A stretch of DNA of 64,000 nt from Camelus dromedarius (Eukaryota), in the NCBI RefSeq assembly GCF_036321535.1, contig NC_087437.1, forward strand, positions 100,132,001 to 100,196,000, read 5' to 3'. Each line of letters starts with the position of its first letter. Within the stretch, counting starts at the first letter, position 1. The position numbers were made by a program, and so were the translations under genes. Positions 1-13,401 of the stretch are shown piece after piece. A model generated the notes under the pieces. The model had not been told where the DNA came from, made no database searches, and saw nothing but the letters and a program-made list of their open reading frames with translations.

Positions 1-191
1 TTAGGGGCGCCGACCTTGCACGCAGTTGAAAATCCACGTGTAACTTAGAGTCTGCCCTCCATATCAGCAGTTCCATGTCCACAAATTCAACCAACCATGG
101 CGCATACAGTACTGCAGTATTTATTACTGAAAAAAATCCACATGTAAGTTGACCTGTGCAGTTAAGATCTGGGTTGCTTAAGAGTCAGCTG
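1..191. mobile_element. Tigger2-derived non-autonomous DNA transposon (TcMar-Tigger MITE), truncated by the window edge
   Basis: TTAGGGGCGCCGACC..GCAGTTGAAAATCCAC start. Degenerate terminal repeat ..AAAAATCCACATGTAAGTTGACCTGTGCAGTT..AAGAGTCAGCTG is followed by TA (192-193). Confidence 0.8.
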
Positions 192-1333
192 TATGTGGCT
201 TTATATATACAACATTATTCTGTAACATGTATATAAATGTGCTATACATTCAATAATGTAAAACATCTATTTCCTTAGCAAGATCATATTCAGAAATTAT
301 AGCATGTTTTACACCTTGAAAAGCTTTAGCAAATTTACATAAATATCAACTTATTAGCGCTTCCTGTTTCTTATAATCATTTTCATTTTATGGAGGCTAT
401 TTTTATCTCTTTCTAACACTCTTCTAATCAATGTTTCTGAATTGTTCTCAGTACAATATTTATTCCTATACCACTTTGGGGAAGCCATCCTCAACTGCCT
501 GCCCAACAACATAAATTATGTTTCTCTTCTTTGCCAAAGATGGAAGAGAGAAAATCCTGAATAGAATTCACAGCTCTCTTTAGTATGTTCAGACCTGTTT
601 GAGATTTGAATATATCCACAGCCTGAGGTCTACACTTTTGCCCCATTTTTTAAATTTATTCATCTCACAAAGAAAGGAATAGATGCAACTGAATTTGTGT
701 AAGTTAAACGCCTATCTGATATGACTCTACTGTCATTACAAGATGAATTAGTGGTAACTACAGCAAAGGCATGTAGAATATGCTAAAGATGCACTGAGGA
801 AAAAGCCACCAACTCTCTCAGAGGAAAAACTGGGAAAAGCATCACCAAGGAGACAGTATTTGGAGTCTCGAAGAATATATGGGAAATTAACAGTGAAAGA
901 TGGTGGTGGTAGATTGAGCATTCTGGCAAAAATATAAATGAATAAAAGAGACATAAAATAATACAATACATTCAAGAAATTTTGAAAAGTCCAAATCATT
1001 AAAGAAAAGGGTATTAATGTGTATACAGGGAGAGAAATTTTGGCCAAAAGGAAACAGAAACAAAAAAATGTACCAATGGAACCAATAAAGACTGACCCCA
1101 GATTGTAGTAAGTCCTATAAGCCTTGGGAAGGCATATAATCTTCATCCTATTATCAAAAGGTAACTAACAAGAGAATTCTTTTTTATGTTTTAGAAGATT
1201 AAATGACACAATCAAAGGAAAGAAAGCTATACGTTGGGGAATACAACTACAGCTTTTTTAAAGTGTCCAAATCTATAAAGTTTCCTAAAAACTCTCAGAA
1301 AATTGTCAAGTTTCAATGTCTCATTTTCTTTTT

Positions 1334-1443
1334 ATTTCATTATAGTTATTATTTTTATATTGAATGTAAGTACTGGGGATTGAACCCAGGACCTCATGCA
1401 TGCTAAGCATGTGCTCTACTGCTGAGCTGTACCACTTTCCCCA
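1334..1443 (-). mobile_element. tRNA-Ala-derived simple SINE (camelid vic-1-like)
   Basis: Minus strand reads GGGGAAAGTGGTACAGCTCAGCAGTAGAGCACATGCTTAGCATGCATGAGGTCCTGGGTTCAATCCCCAGTAC plus an A-rich tail, with A and B boxes. TSD TCAATGTCT(C/T)ATTTTCTTTTT at about 1313-1333 and 1445-1465. Confidence 0.85.
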
Positions 1444-2809
1444 CTCAATGTCTTATTTTCTTTTTTTTTTTAACACTTTTATTGTGGTATAATTTCTGTG
1501 CAGTAAACTACACATATAATAAGAGAATTTAAGTAAAGAGTAACATAATTAGTTTTTTTTTGCTTGATTGTTTTAGAAATATAACTCAAATAGCAATAAG
1601 GACTATGGATTAGAGACAGAAACGAAAGAATATGTGCATCCATTAGGAGGACTTCATTTAAGCCCAAATAGGAATAAATAAACAGTGACAGAGTCAACAT
1701 ATGGACTTAGCCGATGTGGCCAGCTATGCCCTAAGCCTGGACATGACTGCCAGAGACACGCAGGACAAGAGCAAGCTCTGGTTAAGAGCTTCACGGCCGT
1801 CTGTCCTATCTGCACATTCATGTCCAAAGAGAAAATCCCTGACTCTCATGAACTGAAATTCAGGCTGTAGGTCAATGGTGAACTCAGGCAGGAGGGTGAG
1901 ACATCTTCCATGATTCCTACGTCATCAACTACGTATCTAATAATGACCTTGGAAGAAAGAGGTATCTTAACTAGAATGCCAAAGGGAGTCGGACCTGTTA
2001 AAGAAAACTATGAGAACCAGGTTGGCATACATAGAGTCATCAATATGAGATTTAAGGTAGAAAGGTCAGCATATTAAGTCTATACAAGCACTCTAGCTTC
2101 CTAACAAGTTTCAGAAGAGAAAGGAACAGGAGAGAGAAAGCAAAGGTTACCCAAAAGAGCAATCCTTTATTCAGGAGCCAATCTTTTTCAATGATTTCAT
2201 TGGATTGCTATGCTTCAACTTAACGAAGCTGGACCCTTCAAAGAAAATGTGATGGAGAAGAACTGGGCCAGAAATGGAAACAAGGAACAGCGTCTTCTAG
2301 GAAACAACCAGAACGACATATTTATTTATCAAACCAAATGTTCAGAAAGCTTACTTTCCTTTCCTTTCCTAAAACTGGACTGGATAAGACTTTTCAGTCG
2401 GTCATTCTGGGATCAGCAATTTAAGACTTAATTTATCTACAAATTAAAGTGAAAAGCATGTTTCAAATCACTGTTTCCCAAATTTCTTTGATGAAGATAA
2501 TCATCTGTAGGTATTTATAAAAATAAAAAGTTCCAAAGTACTAATCCATTCCAAGCTGACTCTGTTAATCAGCAGAATTAACTAATCTCCAGGCACCCAC
2601 TAATTCTTATTATGGAAATGTGGAAAAACACTATTCCACATAGTTAATTTAAAATTTTATTTAATAAGTAAACAATTAATGAAGATCTCGGGGATTTACT
2701 TAGGGTGTGTACCCTGGTCCATAGATTCTGAGTTTGAAAGGTAAGTTTGAAATTAATGTTTTCCCAACAATTATGCTGTCTTTTGGAGAAAAAATGAGAT
2801 ATCATAGAA

Positions 2810-3090
2810 CATAAAGTTATATTTTTGCTTCCCAGTTTGTGACTATTCAAGGTGAACTTCACCATATACATAGTGATTCAGTTTGGGCTAGGAAGTGAGA
2901 AGCCTGTAGGATATTCCTTGTGAAGATGGCCCACTATATCTAAAGACCAATTAGAAATTACTGTATGGGTCATGTTGAAACAATGGAATTGGATGAAGCA
3001 GCAAAGGTGCAAAGTGGAGAGTTACAGAAGGTAAGAGAAAAAGGCAGAACCATGGGTAACATTCATATTTAAAGGTTAAAGAGGGAGAAA
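2810..3090 (-). mobile_element. L2 LINE fragment (old)
   Basis: Purine-rich L2 antisense motifs such as TTCAGTTTGGGC.., GGAATTGGATGAAG.. and AACATTCATATTTAAAGG. Confidence 0.55.
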
Positions 3091-3109
3091 TTACTTGCCT
3101 GGGATCTAA

Positions 3110-3680
3110 TGGAGTGGATCAGGGGCATGCCATTCACAAACATCCTTCTGGACCAAGGCACTCACACCTCAGCTTCTAAGAATATAGCTGAGTTCCTCTC
3201 CTGGAATCTGAGAGCCACATAAATCAAAGTCATGCCCCTCCCCAAGGGCAGTCAACATTCAATGACTGGTTAGCAGAGAAGGGTGGGATATCGGAGGGTG
3301 GGGGATAAGTCCCCATGCCTTAATTGAGGATAATTCTAAAGAGCCATTTATACTCCAGAGCTTCTTTATTGCAACTGCAAGACAGTTTCAGTCTCTCCCT
3401 CTGCCTAATCCTACTTCTTTCAATGCCTTCAAATCCAATTCTTGGGAATATTCACCAATAATAAAATTTGCACATGCAAATCTCCATCTCAAAGCCCATT
3501 TCCAGGAATTCTTACCTAAAGCAGCAGAATTAGGAGTGGTCTAAAACAGGACATTAGAACTGAATCATCTGCTGAAGGCTAGCAGTGAGGACCCCATCTC
3601 TGGTGACAGGTGGACTGCTAAGAGCCCCTGGCATACTATAGCAATGCAATTGTTAAGACTTCCACCCGGGGTTAACCAGC
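3110..3680 (+). mobile_element. ERVL-class LTR (LTR16C-like) followed by the start of its internal leader/gag region
   Basis: LTR16-type 3' end AATAAAATTTGCACATGCAAATCTCCATCTCAAAGCCCATTTCCAGGAA (to about 3523). Then GGAGTGGTC..GAGGACCCCATCTCTGGTGACAGGTGG..AGCCCCTGGCAT, typical of an ERVL internal 5' region. Confidence 0.65.
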
Positions 3681-5077
3681 TGGGTAAGAAAAGCACCTGA
3701 AACCTGTAATCAATAGGAAGCTATCAGTTGCTAAATGCATGTGATAAGCCAATAGAGTAAGAGCTATTTAAATGGCTGTGGTCTTCAGGGGGGAAGTGCA
3801 TAATACAATCTAATGAGAAACTAAAAAGAAAAAACATCCTTCCAGCTGACTCCTTTCTCCTTCTTTACAGGCAGAGTATAAATACCACACATGAAACAAG
3901 ATAGGATACTGAAGAGACCTGATTACTTCATAATTTAAAAACATCTTGGAAATCTTCCCTAAATCTTTTGTCTGAACTCAAAATCTGTATCCATATCATT
4001 ACATCAAACAGTATTTCTGCAGCAGTTTAACCTGCCTAGATTGTAGGTCCTACAGATCTGCATGCACGGTGGAAACACATCTTAAAACTGAAAGCTCTAA
4101 ATAAATATAGCCATTATATTTAAGAAACAAAGATTAAAATAAGGCAATAACCACAATAATCAGTCATCCACCATAAAATTATCTGCTGTAATCTCCACTT
4201 CTGGATATGGATAGCTAAATAGCAATATATAAACAAACAACATCAAAGTGCCTTTTTGGCTAACTGCCACCCTGCCACTTCTGAACTGAAGCCAATTATA
4301 ATGACATCACTCTAGCTTCATGTCCTTTACTGACCTTCCTACTTATGTTGCCAAAATGTATTAAATTTCTCCTCTACAATTTGTCTTTTCCCTTTGTCTT
4401 TGTTTCTTTAAATAATAACTTGACATCACTTGACCTCAACCTACAATTTTGGCTGATATTATCACTGAGCAATTCACTTACATAAATGGCCTTGTATAAT
4501 CATCTGTTGTGTCAGAAAAATTTGTGCAAAAAAAGATAGAATTTTTATCATATGGAACTGAAGAAATTATTTTAAATATTCTAAAAACCATACCTTCATC
4601 AGGCAGTTTAAGATGAGTTATTCTCTTAAGCTGCAGAAATCTAGTTTCCATGGTACTATACTTATAAAATTGCATCATTAGTAAACCCACCTATTCATGT
4701 TTATTTTAGAATTTTTTGTGTAAAATTACTTTGACCACTAAATTGAAAATGGAAGTGGTATCCCATTAGCTAAGGTCTTGAAACATGATTGACATCTTGA
4801 ATGTATTAGAAAATCCATAAATACTAAGAAAGAAAACTAAAATAACTGTTTATCTATTTGAAAGAAAATTATTCTCTTTGGAATGTTATAACAGAAAGTT
4901 ATTTTTCTGGAAAACATATGGCCCAGTTAATAAAGAATATTTACTGATAAGATAATATGTAACAAAATGTGTGCTAGTCTATATTATGATATTGATTCAC
5001 TGTCTGTGAATTCACATAGGGTAATTAAGTAAAGGGCTAATACAGTTGTTCAAGCATGAGGTTTTTAATTTGTGTTG

Positions 5078-5885
5078 AGATACTACAATGAGATAACACC
5101 TCACACCTGTCAGAATGGCTATTATCAAAAAGATAATAAATAATGAGTAGTGGTGAGGATGTGGGAAAAAGGGAATCCTCATGCACTGTTGAGACATGTA
5201 CTGTTGAGACAAATTGGTGCAGCTATCAATGTAAAACTGTATGGAGATTCCTCCAAAAAATAAAAATAGAACTGCCATATGATCCAGCAGTTTCACTTCA
5301 GGGTATTTACCTGAAGAAAATCAAAATGTTAATTTAAAAAGATATATGTACACATGTTCAGTACAGTATTATTTACAACAGACAAAAAATGGAAACAAAG
5401 TAAATGTCCAATGATAGATGAATGGACAATGGAGTATTACTCGGCCATAAAAAATGAAATCTTGCCACTTGCTACTCCATGAATAGACCTAGAGGATATT
5501 ATGTTACGTGAAATAAGTCAGAAAAAAACAAATACCATATGATCTCACTTATATGTGGAATCTAAAAAATGAAACAAACAAAATGAAAACAGACTGATAG
5601 ATATAGAGATCAAACAAGTGATTGCCAGAGGGAAGGGGAGGGGGAGTACAAAATAGGTGAAGGGGATTAAGAGATACAAACCTCCAGTTATAAAATATAT
5701 AAGCCATAGGGATACAATATACAATATTAGAAATATGGTCAATAACATTGTAATAATTTTGTATGGGGACAGATGGCTACGAGACTTACACTGTGATCAT
5801 TTCATAATATATGCAATGTCAAATCACTAGTACACCTGAAACTAACATAATATTGTACATCAAATATATTTCAATAAGAAAATAA
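5078..5885 (+). mobile_element. 5'-truncated L1 (older subfamily): disrupted ORF2 C-terminus plus 3' UTR
   Basis: Translates in pieces to KTVWRFLQKIKIELPYDPAV. 3' UTR ends ..CACCTGAAACTAACATAATATTGTAC..TTCAATAAGAAAA. Confidence 0.92.
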
Positions 5886-6264
5886 CTAAATAATGACAGA
5901 CAGATAAAAAAAAGAAACAGAATATATACATGTGTACATATAACATGGAGAGGTGCTGCAGAGAGATGTCAAACAAAAGAGCATTAGCATAGAGAAAACA
6001 AATGCTGAGACATAGGGGTGTCTAATAGATTACCAGAACTTGACACACTGTGGCTCCTTCCTAGGTAACAAACATACCTTGAACCAATATATGTATGATC
6101 ATGTTTTCATTTTATATAAAACTGAATTGTGGATCTCTAAGCCAATTTCCACTTTATATTATTGTTATATATTCTCATATACCACTGAGGGAGTGCAAAT
6201 TAGTAAAATCTTTCTTATGGAACAACTGGCAAAGACTGAAAAATCACAATTACATGGACTCAGT

Positions 6265-7035
6265 AATTGCACTGGATCCACATATTTCCATCTCTACCAA
6301 CAGCACTGAGCAAAGCCACCACCATGTGTTGCCTGGACTTCCACAATGGCCTTCTTGCCAATCCTTCTGCTTCCACAATAGCTCCACTGAGATCCATGCT
6401 TCATACAGCAACTGGAGCAGCCATCCCAAACTCCAAATCAGATCGCCCATTTACGCTCCTTAAAATACCCCAGTGGCTTCTCATCATGCTTGAAAGAAAA
6501 TCCAAACTCCTTCCATGGCTTACAAAGCCCTAGGGATTTGCCGATGTTTCTGATCTCAATCATACTACTTTCTCACACACCAGACTTGGACCACTCTGGC
6601 CTTCCTTCTGTTCCTGACTTAGGGCTTTGTACAAGCTCTTCCCATCTGCCTCAAATACTCTTTCTCTATTTATCCATTCCGATTTCAACTTATATGTCAC
6701 CTATTCAAATAGACTGCCCCTGGCAACGCAATCAAAAGTGACTGCCTAACCAATCCCCAGCACATCACTGTTATTTTAATTCTCTGCACAGCACTATCAT
6801 GAAATGATTGATGCCTTCTTATTTACTTGTTCAAGCTTTTTTTCATACACATATTTCTGAGTGTATACATGTATGATGGTACATATTTAGTATTTATTTA
6901 TTTTTTCCCTCCTTCCACCCATTGCACAGAATTTAAGTTATAAGAAAGGGGAGCTTGCTTGTTCTGTTCACCAGTGTATCTCCAGGTCCAATAACAATGC
7001 CCAGCACATAATGGTCATTTAATCAATGAATATTT
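6265..7035 (+). mobile_element. L2 LINE 3' portion
   Basis: CAAAGCCACCACCATGTGTTGCCTGGAC, CCAGTGGCTTCTCATC, AAAATCCAAACTCCTT and the terminal TTGTTCTGTTCACCAGTGTATCTCCAGG..ACAATGCCCAGCACATA. Confidence 0.8.
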
Positions 7036-7269
7036 AACCCAAGTATTATAATCTATGAGCATTCTGCAAGCACTGTGGTTCCAAGTACATAAATAGGGTA
7101 AACTTCGTTTGCCTTACTCGTTCATTAAGTTCCTACCAGTTCTGCTATTTAAAAAATGAGAATAAAATGTGAGATGAATATCAGATGACCTAGAAGAAAA
7201 TTTGCATTCACACCCAAGAAAAATAAAAGGTAAAAAAGATAAGGAAAAGACATTTAATAATAAAGAAAT

Positions 7270-7520
7270 TTTATATGTTATATAGGGTCGATCCTGGACA
7301 CCCAACATGCATCTAAGAGGGTGATAGAAAACAGAGAAGACAAAATGGAAAAAAAAAATCCTTCCGAAAGCAGAAGGTAAGAGTCTCCAGACTGAAAGGA
7401 GGCTACCACATGCTAAGTGGGCAGAAATAAAGAAAAGCAAACAATCAAAACAAAACAAAACACCACATTTCTTCATTAACGTTCAGAATACCAAGCATAA
7501 ACAGAAGATCTCAAACTTAA
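7270..7520 (+). mobile_element. Ancient L1 (L1ME/HAL1-type) ORF1-region fragment
   Basis: CCAACATGCATCTAAGAGG, AGTCTCCAGACTGAAAGG and TTCAGAATACCAAGCATAAACAGAAGATC resemble old L1 ORF1. Confidence 0.55.
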
Positions 7521-7567
7521 ATTCTCACACACTCCTTCTGAAAACTGATAGAGGATACACTCTGCCA

Positions 7568-7966
7568 GGGTGTTTTTGAATAAGATCAGCATTTGAGTCA
7601 GTGAACTCAGTAAGTGAACTGCCCTCCCTTATGTGCGTGGGCATCACCCCATCCACTGAGGGCCTGAATGAAACAAAAAGCAAAGGAAGGCCTTGTTTCC
7701 TTCCTGCCTGCCTACTTGAGCTGGGACCTCGGTCTTCTCCTGCTTTGGACTGAGACTTGCACCGTCAGATACCCTGGGTCTCAGAGTTTCAGACTGCAAG
7801 TGAAATTACACCACCACCAGCTTTCCTGGGTGTCCAGCTTGAAGATGGCATATCACAGGGCGTCTTGGCCTCCATAATCAAGTTATACAATTCCTCATAA
7901 TAAATCTCCTTTCTTATTTTTATATATATATCTATTCTGTTTCTCTGGAGAACCTTGACCAATACA
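7568..7966 (+). mobile_element. MLT2 (ERVL) LTR, 5'-truncated
   Basis: GGGCATCACCCCATCCACTGAGGGCCTGAAT, CAGCTTTCCTGGG, GGCCTCCATAATCA, AATAAATCTC and the terminus TTCTGTTTCTCTGGAGAACCTTGACCAATACA. Confidence 0.9.
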
Positions 7967-8699
7967 ATAAAACTAGAAAGAATATGATCAGAAACCAAGA
8001 AGTAGAGGATTGGACCTTAGCTAGGAAGAAGGATAATTCATGCTTTGTAGAGGAGGACGGAAGAGATGAATGCCAGTGCATCAATGTGTAGGCAAATGTA
8101 CAGATTTAGTGATGAAAAGCTGAGAAATTCACCTCATGTTTTCTATATACCATATAAAGAAATGCAACAAGGTTGCATCCAGAAGCTTTAGAACAGAAAA
8201 GTTTTGAAAACATTTCTGCACCAAGTGGGAGAGAGTTGGCCAGTAAAATGTAACAGGCCTGCTGGACAGTATTTAGGATCCAAGTAAGGAACTAATGAAT
8301 TTGTGTAAGAAGCACCTGGCTAAGCTGATGATTTTCTCTAGTAGTGCTCATTTGTTCATGCACATGCTCAGAGAAAGCAGATATTTGGTTTGATGCAGGG
8401 TTGCTGTTTTGCTGGACAGGTGTGGTAACAGACAGAAGAGGAAAGGCAATTTTGCCATTTTTAGAGAGGTATTAAAATTGTACGTATGTTATTGTGAAAA
8501 ATAATGTAATATTTTGTTTTTCTCTAACTGAACTTGATGTCACTTTTGATCTCCATTTAGCCCTGAGACAGAAAAAAACTTATTTGGAAAAGTTATTAAT
8601 ACACAGAATCTAAGCTGGATAGGGAGAAAAGCGAATACTGGAGAGAGATAATGATTAGGAAGACAACTCAATTCAGACCAGGTTCAAGTAATTCCGTCC

Positions 8700-9090
8700 A
8701 GGGATGATTATGGACTACGAATGTTTGTCCAGCCTAGTCTCAAAGTGGCTCCAAAACCAAATCATGCTGGACCTGAAGATGCTGGAACTCTCTGACTCCG
8801 CGTGATTAATACTGGGGAAAGCAGCGGCTAAGAGTAAGTTATTGCCAGATGCAAAAGCTGACCAGAATATTAAGAAGCTCATGTCTTGGCAATTGTAATT
8901 CCCAAGGGCTTTCCCATCTATTTTTTTCCATCCCAGCTTTGTCATATGATTTGTATTTAGATGGAGAATAAAGAAACTTGATTGTTGTACTAGCCTTATT
9001 GGCTGCTATAAAGCTAATGCCATTTTCAATTGTTGTTTTGGGAAAAAAAGCGAAATTATTTTTGACTGCATAAGTGAGGTGCTATTTAGT
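8700..9090 (+). mobile_element. Probable CR1/L3 LINE remnant
   Basis: AAAGCTAATGCCATTTT..TTTGACTGCATAAG resembles the CR1 motif AAAGCTAATGCAATCTTAGGCTGCATT; heavily decayed. Confidence 0.4.
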
Positions 9091-9539
9091 AATCTAAATC
9101 CCTCTCCTATACTTAAAATTAGGCCCTGTCCCTAGCATTAGTTATACAACTGTCTACCCTTTGCATTTTAAGTGAATCGTAGCCACAAGAGCTTACTCAG
9201 CTGAGTTGTTTCTTAATCCTATCAACTCAAGTCAGAATCATCCTTTTCCACCCACATACACTTAGCTTTCAAGTCTAAAATCCAAAGAAACATTTAAATT
9301 ATTAAAGTCGATCTTGTGAGACAGGATTTGTCACACTGAAGGCAAGGAATTTAAAGAAATTCCAATGTAAAATCTGAAGTTGCATTGGCTAGCCAAGTCT
9401 CCTTCCTAAATCAAACCGGTGAAAGAATGCTTGTTATATTTTGATGCTTTGTTTTAATGACCAACTTGGAGCATTATTTTTATGTTTTAGTATTTTTATT
9501 ACTCCTATAATATGGAGTTCATGATAATAAAACAATTAG

Positions 9540-10350
9540 TTAAACAAATATCTAATGAGTATCAGCTATGCTTAAAGCACTAAGTAAGCTACATGCCCCA
9601 GGCTTAAAAAGTAGGAAGTCACAATTGTTGCTACATAGGTTCTAAATCCCCTGATGCAGGAAAACAAAGTGCACAAGTAGATCTCTCAGTAGCACTTGAA
9701 CTAAGAATGGGTAACAGTATTAAGCTGTGAACTAAAGCAATGATAGGCAGAGTTTTTTAATGAAAAGGAAGGAGGTATCTGATCAGGCAGAGATGCAGAA
9801 CTGGAACAAAATTCCATATTTTTCAGGATGAGTGAGAGAGGAAAAGTATTATATGTAGCAGAGACTGGAAATTGAGGAATAATGAGTTGTTTTTGTGGAA
9901 GGAAGTGATAAAGCTGGCTTGAGAAATTTTTAGCATAAGGAAACCATAGAACAGGCACAAAGTGATGTTTGGTAGACAGTTGGAAATGTGTAGCTAGAGC
10001 TCTGTAGCAAAGTCAGGGACAAGAGCTATCAAACTGGGAGTCATTTGCATGAAGCAATAAAAAAACTGCACAATCTTGAATGGTAAGAATTGGATAAAAA
10101 CAAATTGTGTAGGGGAGTGATATAAGGAAAGAAATTTGTGGTATTGTGGGAAGAAGAAAAACACACAGCAAAAGAAGGCAGCAAAGGGAAAAACACAAAA
10201 TTAGTATTCATAGATAGAGAACCAGGATAATATCAAAGAAATCAGGAGAAAAAATTCTCATTATGAATATAATGTGATCAACTCTATCTAATGCCACAGA
10301 GATTTTAGAAATGAGTTATTTCCAAAATCACTCAGTATTGTTAATCTTTG
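9540..10350 (-). mobile_element. L2 LINE fragment
   Basis: AAACAAATATCTAATGAGTATCAGCTATG (L2 3' end antisense) and GTAGACAGTTGGAAATGTGTAGCTAGAGCTC..TGGGAGTCATTTGCAT. Confidence 0.7.
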
Positions 10351-10391
10351 GAATACAGAACGTTACACTTAATACAAGCTACCAGCATTAA

Positions 10392-10480
10392 GGATCAAGT
10401 GGTAGAGTATGTGCTTAGCATGCACAAGGTTCTAGGTTCAATCCCTAGTACCTCCATTAAAAAATAATTATTTTTTTAAA
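10392..10480 (+). mobile_element. tRNA-Ala-derived SINE (vic-1-like), 5'-truncated
   Basis: TCAAGTGGTAGAGTATGTGCTTAGCATGCACAAGGTTCTAGGTTCAATCCCTAGTACCTCCA plus A-rich tail. 16-bp TSD AAGCTACCA(G/T)CATTAA at 10376-10391 and 10481-10496. Confidence 0.85.
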
Positions 10481-12221
10481 AAGCTACCATCATTAACTAA
10501 TTTTCAAACTAATAATTACTTTTTGTCTTTTCAAGTTTGAGACAGGAACATACCCATAAAAATTATGAACCTGAGCTTCTCTGTGTTGAGTTTCAACTTT
10601 ACTAGGCAAGCATTTGCAGGTGTTCCCCGAGGGGATGCCTCCTTTTGCCATTGGAATTACACGCTCTTTTGTAACTATCATTTTCAAATAGGTGTCACTG
10701 GTCTTGGAGCAGGAAGGCTTTTTCTCTCAATCGGTATCCACTAGAACTCTGCTCAGCTCTTCATGTTTGGTCACTCAATGCCAGGTAACAGTTGGAGAAA
10801 GAGTTGAGAGCCAGAGTTATGGCCCATTCCTGGTAATATTCAGAGGAGCATTTGCACTGAATGTTCAAGTCACTGGAAAAGAAAACTAAAATTCAATAGG
10901 AATGAGTTTTAGAGATCATGGCATTTGGTTGAGGAGATATTTAGGGAGAGGCACCTTTTAAAATAACCTCATGTAGGCAACCTCTAATTAAACTTATCCC
11001 AAAACTGACGTTGTAAGTAGACAAGTTTGATGAAGATCATCCTGTGAATTTTTAAAAGGTATATGACGATGCTATTATTTCAGTCCCAGAATCACCTTTC
11101 TTAAGAGGGCATCAAAGATTTGGAAAGTGAGGGAGTAGCCTCTCCTGGTCTTGTCCTTTTGCATTTGGAAAAGCTTTTCATTTCAGATTGGCAAGGAAAT
11201 TTCTGTTGCCAGTTTTTTTCTAGTGTCTACTTTCATTGATAATAGCAGTCAAAGAAATGTTACTATCATGGACACAGCCAGCGAACTTAACTTACTTATT
11301 TGCCTTTATATATATACATAATATTTTCTTCTTTGAAAGTGCGTGGCCATCTTTTCCCTTCTTCGATGCTGTTTCTTTTTTTCTAGAATATGAAGACAGG
11401 TGCTATTTAAATTGAGATTTTCAAAGATAATATTTTAAAATATTGGTTAAATAACTGGGGCCTGGAAGAGAGGCCAAGTCAGCCAAGGACATGGGAAGGC
11501 TCTAGGGGAGAGTGGGGGAGTGGGGAGTGGTTGGCGGAGGCCTCAAAAGATAGTCATTTAACAATGGAGAAAAGACAGGTATATCAGTATTTTTTAAACC
11601 ACTAGTGTGGTCATATGGGTTCCCACTAGCTGAACTGCCACCCTGAGAACATTTTTCCCTTAAAAACAATTTCTCTTAAATCCAAATTCTTATTTGTTAA
11701 AACACAAGAGAAGCTTTCCATATGCTCCCCTCTACTCGCCAGGTTGAACCTACTAAAGATAGCATATCCATCACCCATGACTCAGCTCTGGCCAGTTAGA
11801 AAAAGAAGACTAAAACAGGCATGTGGTGTTATTTTCCATTACTAATTACTTTGCCCATCCCTAAACCTTTCCTCACCCCCAGTGTTCATCTTGAAAGGTA
11901 CCCACACAAAAAAAGTCACCCGGAAAATCTGTCCTCAGAAACTCTTGAGTTAAGTAACTCAAAAATTTCTTGGGGACATAATTGAAGTTATAGAGATATA
12001 GAGCTGGTATAGAAAGGAAGACCAATTTATTTTTAATTATGGTGAGCAAGAACATACATCCTGGATATTATAATTTCAAATAGCTTGTGTCATTTTTTTA
12101 ATCACGTTCACCACTTTTTGGTTTAGTCACTGGAGTCTGTAACTATAGTGCATATAACAGATCTTCTATAAAGCATTACAGTGCCTATGCTCTGAGAAAA
12201 TAAGTCAAATATAAGAATATA

Positions 12222-12425
12222 ACTACTACATATAAAATAAATAAACAAGTTTCTTCTGTATAGCACACGGAACTATATTCAATATCTTGTAGTAACCTAT
12301 AATGAAAAAGAGTATGAAAATGAATATATGTATGTGTATGTATGACTGAAACATTCTGCTGCACACCAGAAATTGACACCACATTGTAAACTGACTATAC
12401 TTCAATAAAAAATAGAATAAAAGAA
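12222..12425 (+). mobile_element. Short L1 3' UTR fragment (artiodactyl/camelid type)
   Basis: CTGTATAGCACACGGAACTATATTCAATATCTTGTAGTAACCTATAATGAAAAAGA..GTAAACTGACTATACTTCAATAAAAAA; near-identical to the 3' end at 37925-38120. Confidence 0.9.
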
Positions 12426-12934
12426 TAAATACATGGTGAAGGGTACAGAGGCATAGTACCTAATGGGTTAAGATATTTTGTGCTTTGTAAATTAATCAGG
12501 AAAGATAAATGAAATAAAAGGCTTGGAGTCCATCTTTCAGCTTTAAACAAACAGTCCCTCAAGCAGACCATGCAAGAGAATGTCTATTTTTCCAGCGATA
12601 AGTCAGTTCAGACAAAGTCAATATATGGGTGACCACTCCTCAGAACTTTGGGGATTCAGTTGCTGAGAGAGCACTGCCACTTGAAAATACAATTTTAATA
12701 TATTCCCAGCCAAAGTGTTTCTTTTCACTTTCTGTCTGCAAGCTCAACCTAGTGTATTTTAAACACGAGTACAATTTATTTCTTTATTAATAATATCTAG
12801 ACCTACATTTCATTTTTTTCAAGGAAAGCACCCCACCCTTGGTTTATAAAATCATAAAATATAAGGCTGACAATGAGGCTTTTTTTCATGCAACAAGTAT
12901 GTTTGCATGTCTACTGCAGACTCAGCTTTTTATT

Positions 12935-13010
12935 CCATACCTTCATTTCACAGATGAGAAAACTAAAACCCAGGGATTTAAAATGTCTTAACCAAGTTCA
13001 CAAATCAGAA
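12935..13010 (-). mobile_element. MIR SINE core fragment
   Basis: CATTTCACAGATGAGAAAACTAAAACCCAGGG..CCAAGTTCACA. Confidence 0.65.
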
Positions 13011-13249
13011 CAAATTTGTTTTAAAAGACAGAAGTAGGATGAGTCTATAAAAACTAATTTGCTTTAAATTCAGTTATTAATATAGTTGGTTCCCCTCTTC
13101 TGAGCCTTTCAAGAAATATTAATGTAGAAAAAAATTGCTATTACAGTCAGGCCATGGTATATCTTGATACAAAAAAAAAAAAAAAAGCTTTATAAAACAA
13201 TCAGATCACCCCAAGAATAACTGCACTTAGAAAGATGCTTTAGATCCTT

Positions 13250-13401
13250 GTAATTAAAAGTATAGTCCTTAGATCAGCAGCACCTGGGGTCATGTTAGAA
13301 AATGCAGGATCTGAGGCCCCATCCCAGAGCACTAAAATAATTCTGCATTTTAACAATATCCCCAGGTGATGTGTCTATGCACTAAACTTTGAAAGGCACT
13401 G
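13250..13401. mobile_element. MER5-type hAT-Charlie MITE
   Basis: CAGCAGCACCTGGG..TGTTAGAAAATGCAG..TCTGCATTTTAACAATATCCCCAGGTGAT..AAACTTTGAAAGGCACTG. Confidence 0.8.

Noticed and set aside
748..1146. 132-aa hydrophobic ORF
   Set aside because: The hydrophobicity reflects the T-rich minus strand, and I recognise no homology.
1371..1443. Possible tRNA-Ala genes (also at 10392 and 25311)
   Set aside because: The acceptor stems are degenerate, and A-rich tails with TSDs show they are SINEs.
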